Virus record (IMG/VR): IMGVR_UViG_3300037044_000249
Location: 1 to 33,868 of that record
Direction: 5' to 3' (one strand)
Length of the DNA stretch: 33,868 bases
Origin: a virus
Lineage: Duplodnaviria > Caudoviricetes
Numbering within the stretch: position 1 is the stretch's first letter; each line of letters opens with the position of its first letter. The notes below the pieces were generated by a model. It made no database searches and was not told the origin of the DNA. It saw nothing but the letters and a program-made list of their open reading frames with translations. Below are positions 16,121 to 25,088 of this stretch, one piece after another. Position numbers and translations under genes: made by a program.

Positions 16121-17077
16121 TCAGGCCTGGAGGGTGACGAGGCAGGCGTGGCGCCAGTCGCCAAAGCCCACATTGCGCCAGGCGTCGACACCGAACAGCC
16201 AGCGATCGTTCTTGAATTCCTCCTCGGAACCCTCGGCGATCGCCTTCAGGCTGACCGGCGTCTCCTCCTGGATGATGAACGGCTTCACGATGCCGTCATC
16301 GCGGAAGATGCCAAGCTTGGTGGTCCAGGTCAGGCGCGGGTTGACCACCGGCGTCACCGTCACCAACTGCTGCGACTTCAGCGGGTTGGTGATGCCCGAG
16401 CCGATGTACTCGGCCGAGAGCGCGGTCAAAGTGTCGGCCATGAACGACACGGGCACCTGCACGGTGAAGGCCCGGGCGTCGCCGTTGACCGGCTGGCCCT
16501 GGTCATCCTTGAAGCCGTAGATCTGCTGGATGCCGGCCATGATGGCCATGGCGATGATGCGCGGGCCGGGCGAAGTCGCCGTGCCCTTCTCGTCGACCGG
16601 GCAGGCCGCGTCCGAGATATCGAAAACGATATCGTTGGACTGAACGCCCGAATCCCCCTCGACGTGATCAGTGTCGAAGAAGAACTGCCCGTCGTAGCAG
16701 GCGGTCGATTCCGCCGCCAGGATCAGCGCCGAGAGCAGCAGCGCCCAGTGGTCATTGGTGCGGCGCGCCAGTTCGGCGACGCGCACCAGGACCTGGCCGG
16801 TCTTATCGCGCCGGATGTCCGACGTGGGGATGCCCAGCGTCGCCTCGTAATGGAGGTTCGGGATGATGATGCCGAAGTCGCGCAGCAGTTGTTCCTGCCG
16901 GCCGCCGACCCATTCCCGCATGGTGGGCGCCATGCCCAGCCATGCATACTCTTCCGACGACTGGTCGGACTGGAACTTCATGCCCAGGCGACCGACCCAG
17001 TCGCCGGCCAGGTCGGTTTCCAGGCGATTATAAAATTCGCCCACGATGGCGCGGGACGAGAGGCGAGCGAGACCCAT
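16121..17077 (-). CDS. Major capsid protein, Mu gpT-like
   Basis: EEYAWLG..P.MREWVG.R, YEATL, CYDGQFFFDTDH, KPFI.QE and GFG.W motifs. Confidence 0.9.
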   Translation of the reverse strand: MGLARLSSRAIVGEFYNRLETDLAGDWVGRLGMKFQSDQSSEEYAWLGMAPTMREWVGGRQEQLLRDFGIIIPNLHYEATLGIPTSDIRRDKTGQVLVRVAELARRTNDHWALLLSALILAAESTACYDGQFFFDTDHVEGDSGVQSNDIVFDISDAACPVDEKGTATSPGPRIIAMAIMAGIQQIYGFKDDQGQPVNGDARAFTVQVPVSFMADTLTALSAEYIGSGITNPLKSQQLVTVTPVVNPRLTWTTKLGIFRDDGIVKPFIIQEETPVSLKAIAEGSEEEFKNDRWLFGVDAWRNVGFGDWRHACLVTLQA

Positions 17078-17106
17078 TGGAGTTCTCCTATATCAAGGTG
17101 GTGGGA

Positions 17107-17532
17107 TCAGGGCGCGGGATCGTCCTGGGCCAGGGGGCCGTATTCGACGATGGCGTTGCCGGCCGAGACCACCCGGCTCACACGGCCGATGAAGGAATTG
17201 GTCGAGGCGGTCAGGGTGAATGTGTCGTCGTCGCTGGCATAGACGGCCGCACCCGGCAGGGTGGTGGCAACCACGCCGGTCACCGGCAGCGGGATCGCGC
17301 CACGCTTACGCGTGCGCACCCGGATGGCCGCAGCGGCGCCGCCGGTATTGTCGGCCGGGCTGTCGGCAAAGCCCACGAAGGCATCGCCGGCGACGAGCGG
17401 GCGGGCGTTGCCGCCGACCGCTTCGATACCGACGGCGGCGCCGCCATAGATGATGTCGTTGGCGACGACGGGGTAATCCTCGAAGTCGCCAAGAGCGAAC
17501 TTGCGGATCTTGTCCGCGGCAAGGGTGGCCAT
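17107..17532 (-). CDS. Capsid decoration/cement protein
   Basis: YPV....IIYGGA.V, FVGFA and GAAVYASDDDTFTLT...IGRV motifs, between protease and capsid. Confidence 0.75.
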   Translation of the reverse strand: MATLAADKIRKFALGDFEDYPVVANDIIYGGAAVGIEAVGGNARPLVAGDAFVGFADSPADNTGGAAAAIRVRTRKRGAIPLPVTGVVATTLPGAAVYASDDDTFTLTASTNSFIGRVSRVVSAGNAIVEYGPLAQDDPAP

Positions 17533-17566
17533 TTCAGTATCCTTTCAGGTGTCGGATGGGCGAGGC

Positions 17567-18217
17567 TTACTTGCGCAGCACGCGGGCCAGGCCCGCCTCG
17601 GACGCCTTCACGAAGGCGAGGTAGCGGTCATAGTCCCCGAACTCGGCGCGCAGCGCGGGGTCGCGGTCCCATTCAGCCTTGGTGCGCTGATCCACCGGCA
17701 GGTTGGGATCGACGCCGCCGGCATTGGCGGCGGTGCTGGGCTGTGCCACCGGCGCCGGGGCGCTGGCCTGCCGCTGGCCCAGCGACGCCTGGCGCTTGGC
17801 CTTGCGGGTATTGGCCAGGTTCAGCGCGGCGCGCGAGATCGTCACCTTCTCGTCGGCGCAGAAGCTGGCGATCAGCTTCTCCTCGCCCGGCTCGCCCAGC
17901 TTCTGGATCGAGGTGATCCGGTGGCGTTCGGCCGCAGCTCCCAGACGACGCAACTCGCGCGCCTCGCGGGGGTTGGCCACTTCGAGCTTGCGGGTTGCGG
18001 CGGTCGCCTGGGGCTGCTTGTCCTCGGGGTCATCATCCTCGCCGTCCTCCGGCTCGTCGTCGGAGGTATCGTCCTCCGCATCGTCCTCAGCCACAGAGGC
18101 ATCGCCCTCGGCCAGGTCGCGGCCGGCCATGAAATTGGCGCGGGTCAGCTTGCTCTTGTCATCGTCGTCGTTGCCGGCGTCGGCCTTGGGGCCGCCGGCC
18201 TTCGCGGCACGGGTCAT
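17567..18217 (-). CDS. Nested in-frame scaffold protein (Nu3-like)
   Basis: Internal GGAAGGA-N8-ATG (MTRAAK...) located right after the protease domain. Confidence 0.6.
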   Translation of the reverse strand: MTRAAKAGGPKADAGNDDDDKSKLTRANFMAGRDLAEGDASVAEDDAEDDTSDDEPEDGEDDDPEDKQPQATAATRKLEVANPREARELRRLGAAAERHRITSIQKLGEPGEEKLIASFCADEKVTISRAALNLANTRKAKRQASLGQRQASAPAPVAQPSTAANAGGVDPNLPVDQRTKAEWDRDPALRAEFGDYDRYLAFVKASEAGLARVLRK

Positions 18218-19150
18218 AGTCGAGTTCCTTCCAGTGGTGGCGGACGGCCGGTCCAGTTCGACCCGGAACGCGGCGAAGGCTTCGCGCGGTGCCATCACGG
18301 CATCGGCGAGGCCAGCGGCCACAGCCGCCGCGCCCGGATAGGTTGCCGCCTCGGTATCGAGGACGGCTTGAATGTTCATCTCGCGATTGCGCGCCACGGT
18401 GCCGGCGAACAGCAGGCGCAGCTCGTCGATCTCGCCTTGCATGCGCCCGCGCACATCGTCGGGCAGCGGCTCATAAGGGTTGCCGTCGACCTTGCGGGCG
18501 CCGGAATGGATCAGGGTCACGGTGTAACCTGCCTCGCCCATGGCGACACTGACATCGACATGGGCGCAGACCACGCCGATCGAACCCGCCCCGCCGGTGC
18601 GCGGCACGGTGACATGGGTCGCGGCCGAGGCGATGGCATAGGCGCCGGAATAGGCATCCTCGCCCAGCACCGCCCAGATCGGCTTTTGTTCGCGCGCCGC
18701 ATGGATACGGTCGACGACATCGAAGCAGCCCGCGACCTCGCCGCCGCAACTGTCGATGTCCAGCATGATGCCACGCACTTCCGGGTCGGCCAGCGCCTGC
18801 TCCAGGCAGTATTCGATGCCGTCATAGCCGGTCATGCCGGAATAGGGCGTGACCGAGCCCAGGCGGTTCACCAGCGTGCCGATCACCGGCAGGATGGCGA
18901 TGCCGTCCGCGACCTCGAATACCCGCTGCCGCCCCGATCCGCCGGGGCCACGGGCCTGGTTGCCGACATCGTCCAGCACCTGCGCCGACAAGGTGACGCC
19001 ATCGACATCGACCAGGGCATCGACCCCCAGCCGGCCGCGCAGGCCGGCGATGATCTCGCGGGCCTTCTCCGGCAGGATCAGGGCCGGGCGATTGAAGATG
19101 CGGCGGCGGGCCAGGATCGGCAGGCCGCGATCAGCGCGAGGCATTGGCAT
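17567..19150 (-). CDS. S49 prohead protease with C-terminal scaffold (lambda gpC-like)
   Basis: LDIDSCGG, AYSGAYAIASA, GSIGV and SGARKVDGNPYEPL motifs, followed by an acidic and helical tail. The start is one of 19153, 19150 or 19144. Confidence 0.9.
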   Translation of the reverse strand: MPMPRADRGLPILARRRIFNRPALILPEKAREIIAGLRGRLGVDALVDVDGVTLSAQVLDDVGNQARGPGGSGRQRVFEVADGIAILPVIGTLVNRLGSVTPYSGMTGYDGIEYCLEQALADPEVRGIMLDIDSCGGEVAGCFDVVDRIHAAREQKPIWAVLGEDAYSGAYAIASAATHVTVPRTGGAGSIGVVCAHVDVSVAMGEAGYTVTLIHSGARKVDGNPYEPLPDDVRGRMQGEIDELRLLFAGTVARNREMNIQAVLDTEAATYPGAAAVAAGLADAVMAPREAFAAFRVELDRPSATTGRNSTMTRAAKAGGPKADAGNDDDDKSKLTRANFMAGRDLAEGDASVAEDDAEDDTSDDEPEDGEDDDPEDKQPQATAATRKLEVANPREARELRRLGAAAERHRITSIQKLGEPGEEKLIASFCADEKVTISRAALNLANTRKAKRQASLGQRQASAPAPVAQPSTAANAGGVDPNLPVDQRTKAEWDRDPALRAEFGDYDRYLAFVKASEAGLARVLRK

Positions 19151-20747
19151 CATTCTCCGGTTGATCGGCACTCTGGTCGAGCGGCGGGCCGCCGTTGTGG
19201 CCCAGCGGCGCCGATGCCTCGCCCACCTGCGGCAGGTTCAGCGTCTCGCGACGGCGCCGTTCGCGCGCCCGCTGGGTGATGTTGCGGTCCCAGTCGCCGC
19301 CGGTCAGTTCGGCCGCGACCTCGGTTTCGGTCGATGCCGACAAGGCGATGCGCCGTTCGGCCGCCTCGACTTCCTTCACGGGGTCGAGCTGGCCCGGCGC
19401 GGGGCCGGTGAAATCGGCCGTGCACCAGGCCTGGCGGATCAGCGGATTGTCCCAGCCCGGGCAGGACAGGTAATTGCGGTCGACCGCCTCGCCCAGCATC
19501 GCCTCATAGACCGGCTGGCGGAAATTGCGAACCCACCAGCGGCGGCGGCGGCGGATGAAGGCATAGGTCTCCAACAGCGCGCCGCGCGAGGCCGAATAGC
19601 TGGCGGTGAACTGCCGGGTCAGGGTCTCGATCGACAAGTCCAGGGTCACCGCGATCTGGCGGATGAAGGCATTCAGGAAGGCCTCGAAGCCCGAGATCGG
19701 GCGCTGCGAGGCAAAGCTTTCAACCTTCTCATTCGGCCCCAGCCCCTCGATCACCATGCCGGGCGTGAAGCCGACATCCCAGGTCTTCAATCCGGCCTGC
19801 TGCTCACCGCCCGACAGGATCGTGCCGTCGTCGGTGGTGGTGGTCACCGCGAAGCACGAATTGATGACTGCGGCCATCAGCTCGGCCTGGGACATCGTGG
19901 TGATCTGCTGCAACAGCTCGATCACCGGCGCCAAGATCGGCACGCCGCGCGACTGCCCGATGCGCCGCACGTCTTTGAGGTGCAGCACCAGCGGCCGCCC
20001 TTCGGCATCCCGCATCGGCACGCGCCGCCAGGTCAGGGGCGTCGCGCCGATGGTCGTGTCGAATTCGTAACGGCTGGCGATATGGATGGCCAGGGGCCGG
20101 CCGACCGGATCACGCTCGATCCCGGCCACCAGGCCGTCACGGTCTGGTTGACGGTCTGGATTGCTGACCAGGTCCGCCTCGACCAGTTGCAGTTTCAGGC
20201 CGAACAGGTCGCCCGGGCCTTCATTCCAGGTCAGTAGGACGAATGCATCGCCGCCATCCAGCACCGAGAAGAAGGCGAGATATTCAAGATCGCCCAGATG
20301 CAACTCGCCGCGGATATCGCAGCGGGTGCAGAAATGCGCGTCAAGGGCCTCGGCCTCGGCCTCCCAGGCGTCGGCGGCCTCGTCGGACAGGCCCAGCCGC
20401 GCCCGGTCAGGGCGCGCCTGGAGCAGCAGGCCCGAGCCGATCACCTTGGTTGCCAGGGTTTCCAGACCAGGACCAGCCAGGCCGCCATTGCGTACCAGAT
20501 CGCGCGAGCGGTCACGCAGATCGGCCAGCCCGGGCAGGGCCTGGGAATCGGCTGAACCGCCGCCCGGATTGAAATCGCGCAAGGCGCGCCGGTCTCGCCG
20601 GCCGCCGTGATAGCCGCCGATGCCAACCGCCGCCTGGTAGCGGGCGATCTGCGCCCGGGCCTCCAGGCGCCTCGCGCCAGCCGCCGGCGAGACATAGGCT
20701 ATCACCCTGTCGAGCATGGTCGGCCTGGGCAATTTCATCTGTGCCAT
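19131..20747 (-). CDS. Portal protein, lambda family
   Basis: LRDRSRDLVRN, RGVP.LAP, SYSASRGALLE and LDPVKE motifs. Confidence 0.93.
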   Translation of the reverse strand: MAQMKLPRPTMLDRVIAYVSPAAGARRLEARAQIARYQAAVGIGGYHGGRRDRRALRDFNPGGGSADSQALPGLADLRDRSRDLVRNGGLAGPGLETLATKVIGSGLLLQARPDRARLGLSDEAADAWEAEAEALDAHFCTRCDIRGELHLGDLEYLAFFSVLDGGDAFVLLTWNEGPGDLFGLKLQLVEADLVSNPDRQPDRDGLVAGIERDPVGRPLAIHIASRYEFDTTIGATPLTWRRVPMRDAEGRPLVLHLKDVRRIGQSRGVPILAPVIELLQQITTMSQAELMAAVINSCFAVTTTTDDGTILSGGEQQAGLKTWDVGFTPGMVIEGLGPNEKVESFASQRPISGFEAFLNAFIRQIAVTLDLSIETLTRQFTASYSASRGALLETYAFIRRRRRWWVRNFRQPVYEAMLGEAVDRNYLSCPGWDNPLIRQAWCTADFTGPAPGQLDPVKEVEAAERRIALSASTETEVAAELTGGDWDRNITQRARERRRRETLNLPQVGEASAPLGHNGGPPLDQSADQPENDANASR

Positions 20748-20749
20748 GA

Positions 20750-20965
20750 TCAGCCCTGCCGCGGCACGCCGTAGCGGATGGTGACACCGCCGCCATTGTC
20801 CTCGCGGGCGACCTTGCGGCGCAGCTCGCTTTCTCGGGCATAAAGCTTGCCAAGGTCCGCACGGGTCAATGTACGCCCGGCGATACCATAGGCCTGGCCG
20901 CGCTCCTCGATCGCAGCGATCGATGCTTGAACGCTCTCAAGCTGCTCGCGATAAGTCTTGATCAC
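20750..20965 (-). CDS. Head completion protein (gpW-like)
   Basis: GQAYGIAGRTLTRADL, GTG start with a GAGGA RBS, between terminase and portal. Confidence 0.75.
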   Translation of the reverse strand: MIKTYREQLESVQASIAAIEERGQAYGIAGRTLTRADLGKLYARESELRRKVAREDNGGGVTIRYGVPRQG

Positions 20966-20975
20966 TATCAGGTCC

Positions 20976-23087
20976 TCACGAGATCCGCCGGCCAAGGCCG
21001 ATGATGCGACGAGCGGCGTTCGCCGGGGCGGGCGGCTGCGGTGCCGATACCGGCACCACGGGCTCGACCACCACCTGCGCGATTTCGCCGATCAGCGGGT
21101 TGTTGCTGTCCTGCCGCGCCCACATGGGCGGGTTGTTCCAGTCGATCAGGAAGTGACCCCAGACCTCGGCCACCACCTGCGTCATCACCAGGCCGTCCAG
21201 CGCCTCGTTGCGCAGATCGGCACGCCGCTTGTCCCAGCGCCCAGCCTTGTCGCGCTGCTCGGCCACGATCTCGTCGAACAGGTCGCCGCCGTGACGCGAG
21301 GCATCGCCCGCCGCCATCTTGGGCAGGTGGATGCGGCCCTTGCCGACATCCGCCCGGGCCAAGCCGCGCGACACCGTGTCCTTGTAGAGGTTCGGGTTGA
21401 ACTCCCCGAGCGGGATCTCGCCCCGCGCCTGGGCCTTGCGATCGGCCCGCTGCCGGTCTGGAAACACGATCCGCAGCCGCGGCGCCGTCAACAACGAAAG
21501 GCCGCGCACTGGCAGCACGTCATAGAGCGGGCGGCCCTTCAGCATGCCGTGTTTCCGGTTGATGCCGGCCACCGTCCAGCGGCGCCAGGCATCATAGGCA
21601 TTGTCGGTCACACCCGGCGCGCCGGCGGCATCGATCGCCACACAGCGCAGCGCCATGCCGCGCGTGGGATCTGCCGCCAGCGGCCAGCGCCGGCCGATGA
21701 CCTGGGCGACCAGCACGTCCCAATCCTCGGGCCGAAGGCCCGGCTCGACCGCGCGCACCTTGTCGCCGGCGCCGACGGCCGAGATACGGAAGCGATCCAC
21801 GATCCAGCTCTCGCCGCCGCCGAAACCGCGCACCATGACGTCGAACCATTGATTGACGTCGATCGAGGCAACCAGGAAGCCGACACCCTCAGGCACCTCG
21901 CCCAGCGCATAGCCCTCGGCCCGTTCGCGCAGGGCCGCCGCATCGACATCCCCCGCCGCCCGCTTGGGCTGGTGGGGGATGCCCCATTGCTTCGACATCA
22001 CCTGGCGCAGCGAGATTTCGTCGCCCGAGATCTCCGCCTCGCGCTCGGCCTTCACCCGGGCACGCGCCAGGCCGCCCAGGCCGTCCTTCACGAAGGGCGA
22101 CATCGCCCCGACAATCCAGAAGCCGGCGATCTTGCGGACCACGCGTCGGCCCCGCACCTGGCCGTCGTCGTCGATCTCCTCGCCCTCGCCGACCCAGACG
22201 CCTGACCGGTTCATCTCGCGGCGCCAGCGATCCTCGATCAGCCGGTCACAGCACGGGCACGACAGCCGCGCCGCTTCCTCGATCTCGTCGAGCGGCGCCG
22301 CCTCAGGATAGACCAGCGTCATCCGCCGGGCCGCCCCAGGCGCCGGGCTCGAAAATCCGTTGCAGTACGGGCATGGCCAGTACCACCCGCGCCGATCGCT
22401 GTCGCCATAGACCGACATGATGCCGGTCGTCCAGTCGCGGTCTGGGTCCAACCCGGTCGCCAGGTCGGGGTGCGAGAGCGCAAGGATGGTCGACTGGGCG
22501 CCGAAGGTCTGGCGCCGGATGTCGAGCAGGGCCTTGAAGTCGCCCAGGGACTTAGGCCAGGCATCGACCTCGTCGGCGATGATGCGCGGCGCCGACTTGG
22601 AAATGAGATTACTTTTGTTACCGGCCAGGAACTGGACGGACATGCCGCGAAAGCGCTTGAAATGCAGGCTGTCATCGATCGCCCGCAAGCCCTGCCGATC
22701 GCGCAGCAGGGCATGGTCCAGGATCATCGGTTCGACCCGATCCTTGACGAAGGCCTCGATCACTTCGTCGGTCTGCATGTACCAGAGGAAACTGCCTGGG
22801 TCCTCGCCGCCGACCGAGGCGAAGACCCAGTTCTCGCCGATGGTCGACTTGGCCGACTGGCCTGGGCCGACCACCGCCACCGTGTCGAAATCAAGCGAGG
22901 TCAGGCAATCCTGCGGCTCGACCAGATAGGGCACGATGTCATAGGACATCCGCCCGACCGTGCCGCCGCCGGCGTTCGATAGCCAGCGATGCTCGGCGCA
23001 GAACTGCGCAACCGAAAGACGCTGCGGTGGCAACAGGGCATCGAAGGCACTGGCGACCAGGCGGGCAGCATCGGCGTAATCACCCAC
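20976..23087 (-). CDS. terL: Terminase large subunit, GpA family
   Basis: Walker A GPGQSAKST, Walker B IIADEVD, two CxxC motifs and nuclease acidic motifs ASIDV, AIDAAG, RNEALD. Confidence 0.93.
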   Translation of the reverse strand: MGDYADAARLVASAFDALLPPQRLSVAQFCAEHRWLSNAGGGTVGRMSYDIVPYLVEPQDCLTSLDFDTVAVVGPGQSAKSTIGENWVFASVGGEDPGSFLWYMQTDEVIEAFVKDRVEPMILDHALLRDRQGLRAIDDSLHFKRFRGMSVQFLAGNKSNLISKSAPRIIADEVDAWPKSLGDFKALLDIRRQTFGAQSTILALSHPDLATGLDPDRDWTTGIMSVYGDSDRRGWYWPCPYCNGFSSPAPGAARRMTLVYPEAAPLDEIEEAARLSCPCCDRLIEDRWRREMNRSGVWVGEGEEIDDDGQVRGRRVVRKIAGFWIVGAMSPFVKDGLGGLARARVKAEREAEISGDEISLRQVMSKQWGIPHQPKRAAGDVDAAALRERAEGYALGEVPEGVGFLVASIDVNQWFDVMVRGFGGGESWIVDRFRISAVGAGDKVRAVEPGLRPEDWDVLVAQVIGRRWPLAADPTRGMALRCVAIDAAGAPGVTDNAYDAWRRWTVAGINRKHGMLKGRPLYDVLPVRGLSLLTAPRLRIVFPDRQRADRKAQARGEIPLGEFNPNLYKDTVSRGLARADVGKGRIHLPKMAAGDASRHGGDLFDEIVAEQRDKAGRWDKRRADLRNEALDGLVMTQVVAEVWGHFLIDWNNPPMWARQDSNNPLIGEIAQVVVEPVVPVSAPQPPAPANAARRIIGLGRRIS

Positions 23088-23664
23088 GGGCCTGCTCCAA
23101 CTTGTCGTCGCCCACCAGGTCGCGCTGGATCTCGCGGACCAGGGCGGCAAGCTGCTCGTCGACATCGGTGCCAATCGACCGCACCACCGCGTCGGGCAGG
23201 CCAAACTTGCGCCCGGTATTGGCCGGGATCGCGCGCAGGCCGACCTGCAGCTTGCGCAACGAGCGGTCCAGCGCGTCGCGAACCACGGCCGTCTCGACCA
23301 GGAAGCCAGCCTCGCGGGCCAGCGCGCGGCGCTCCTTTTCGGCCCGCACCTGCGCCAGTTCCTGGTTTGGCGTCAGTCCAGTCGGCCCCGACACCTCAAC
23401 GCCAGGAAGGCGCAGCTGGTCGCGTCGCTCGGCCGCCGCCGCAGCCGCCGCATCCTCCTCGGCGCGCCTCGCCGCCAGGAAGTCGCGAACGGCGTTCGCG
23501 TCGAATTCCCAGCCCACACCCTTGTTGCCCTGCTTGATCACCGGGAACTCGGGATAGCGCTTCATCAGCGCGTCCACATGCGGGACCGAACAACCGATGA
23601 TGTCGGCGAGCTGACCCTTGTTGACGATCACCTCGTCGGCCTGCTCGATCATCGATCCGTCCAT
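23080..23664 (-). CDS. terS: Terminase small subunit (Nu1-like)
   Basis: N-terminal winged HTH (VNKGQLADIIGCS...FPV...WEFD) plus a coiled coil. It overlaps the terL start. Confidence 0.85.
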   Translation of the reverse strand: MDGSMIEQADEVIVNKGQLADIIGCSVPHVDALMKRYPEFPVIKQGNKGVGWEFDANAVRDFLAARRAEEDAAAAAAAERRDQLRLPGVEVSGPTGLTPNQELAQVRAEKERRALAREAGFLVETAVVRDALDRSLRKLQVGLRAIPANTGRKFGLPDAVVRSIGTDVDEQLAALVREIQRDLVGDDKLEQARG

Positions 23665-23713
23665 CGGTCCCCAACAGAAGTAAAATTGTCAACGAGTTCA
23701 ATTACTTAGCGCG

Positions 23714-23775
23714 GCGAAAACCCCGCGGCGCGAATTTACCCGCGGGGGGTGGGGGGTGGGGGGAGGACCCGTGAA
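23714..23775 (-). other. Putative cos packaging site (cosQ plus cosN region)
   Basis: Minus strand reads ACGGGTCCT...GCGGGGTTTTCGC just upstream of terS, resembling lambda cosQ (GGGTCCT) and the GCGGGTTTTCGC that follows lambda cosN. Confidence 0.6.
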
Positions 23776-23793
23776 CCCCTCCCCGACCCCGAC

Positions 23794-24384
23794 CTACCGG
23801 CGGGCGGTGCGGATGGCCGCGTTGATCTCTTTGACCGCCTCGTCGCGCAGATGGGCGCGGACGACGGTGACGACGGTCTGGCGGAAGCCGAAGCGCGGCT
23901 TGTATTCGGCCTCGCCGACGAAGCGGATCAGCAGCTTGGGCGCGCCCTTGCCGCGCTGCCAAACACCACCGATCTCCTCGCCCGACTTGAATGACAGCGT
24001 GCCGACATAGACATCGGGCCGCGCCTTCAAGCGCAGGAGCGCACGGGCTGGCAGGTTGCCGTACTGGTTCTTGCGCGCGTTGATCGGAATGACCAGCGCG
24101 CGCCGTGCCGGGCGCCTCGTGCCACCTTCCTCCTCGACCCGCAGGTATCGGGCCTGGATGGGACGCACGAAGACCGCCGCCTTGAGCGCACCCTTGCGCG
24201 CCGCCCGAATGCCGATGCCCCGTTGCGTGAACGGGCTGGGCCGGTCGAAGCGGCGCGGCATCTGCGCCTCGACTTCGACCTGCGCCATCTTGGCCACCGC
24301 GGTCAAAGCCTTGGCCATGCCGAACTCGGCCTGACGGGCGATCTCGTGGAATACGCCAGGGTTGCGCCGCGTGACCTTTGACAT
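23794..24384 (-). CDS. Basic morphogenesis protein (gpZ/HK97 gp10-like tail completion)
   Basis: AKALT..A, FDRP.PFT, YL...EEGG.R and Y.PRF.F motifs in an Arg-rich protein. Confidence 0.65.
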   Translation of the reverse strand: MSKVTRRNPGVFHEIARQAEFGMAKALTAVAKMAQVEVEAQMPRRFDRPSPFTQRGIGIRAARKGALKAAVFVRPIQARYLRVEEEGGTRRPARRALVIPINARKNQYGNLPARALLRLKARPDVYVGTLSFKSGEEIGGVWQRGKGAPKLLIRFVGEAEYKPRFGFRQTVVTVVRAHLRDEAVKEINAAIRTARR

Positions 24385-24403
24385 CGCAACCCCGGAAACG
24401 ACG

Positions 24404-24434
24404 GCGCCCGCCGAGTCAGGGACCGGGCGGGCGC
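24404..24434 (-). promoter_or_regulatory. Hairpin in the late-operon leader
   Basis: 9-bp stem GCGCCCGCC/GGCGGGCGC with a 13-nt loop, downstream of an AT-richer patch containing TTGAC (24435-24483). Confidence 0.4.
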
Positions 24435-24478
24435 AATTCAGGCAGTGCGAAAGTCAATACTAGACCTTAACAGCGCCG

Positions 24479-25072
24479 TCAATAGGGATCGTTCCAGGGC
24501 GCACCGGGCGGGAGGTCATCGGTCACCTGCCAGCGCTTGAGCCGCGCCGTATCCTGGCGCAGCCCCCAGGCTACCAGCACCAGAGCCGAAAGCCAGACCA
24601 GGTAGCGGGTGCGGCGATAGCGAACAGAGCCGCCATTGTCGTTGATCGAGAACGGGCAATAGAGGTAGCCGGGATGGCGCGGGTTGGCCTCGTCCCACCA
24701 GCGCCGCACCTCGTAACAGGGCGCGATCGATTCCGCCTTGAGATCCACGCCCCAATCCGGCCTGGTCCCCACGCGAGCATGCTGCATGACGATGCGGCTG
24801 ACCTTGCCCAGCGAGGCCACGATGCCATGGACATGCTCGGCATCGTCATCGATCTTCATGCCGCCCACGGCATAGCCGATCACGTCGACCTTGGTGCCCA
24901 AGGCCTGCCGCTCTTCCAAGAGGGCGCAGCCGTCGGCCGAGCGGTTGACCACCGTGTGGTGATCAGCCAGACGCTCCATCGGCAGCATGCGCGCGCCGGC
25001 CGCATAGAGGTCGGCGCGCTGGTCCTGATAGGTCCAGATCAACAGCTTTTCCACGTCGATGGTCTTAGGCAT
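24479..25072 (-). CDS. Hypothetical protein, putative late-gene regulator (by position)
   Basis: 197 aa. It is the last early gene before the late operon, the position held by Q in lambdoid phages. No diagnostic motif was confirmed. Confidence 0.6.
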   Translation of the reverse strand: MPKTIDVEKLLIWTYQDQRADLYAAGARMLPMERLADHHTVVNRSADGCALLEERQALGTKVDVIGYAVGGMKIDDDAEHVHGIVASLGKVSRIVMQHARVGTRPDWGVDLKAESIAPCYEVRRWWDEANPRHPGYLYCPFSINDNGGSVRYRRTRYLVWLSALVLVAWGLRQDTARLKRWQVTDDLPPGAPWNDPY

Positions 25073-25088
25073 GGTGGGCTTTCCAGGT

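Noticed and set aside
16121-17077. Transposable Mu-like phage
   Set aside because: Only the capsid region is Mu-like. There is no transposase or MuB in the window, and the terminase, portal and cos are lambda-type.
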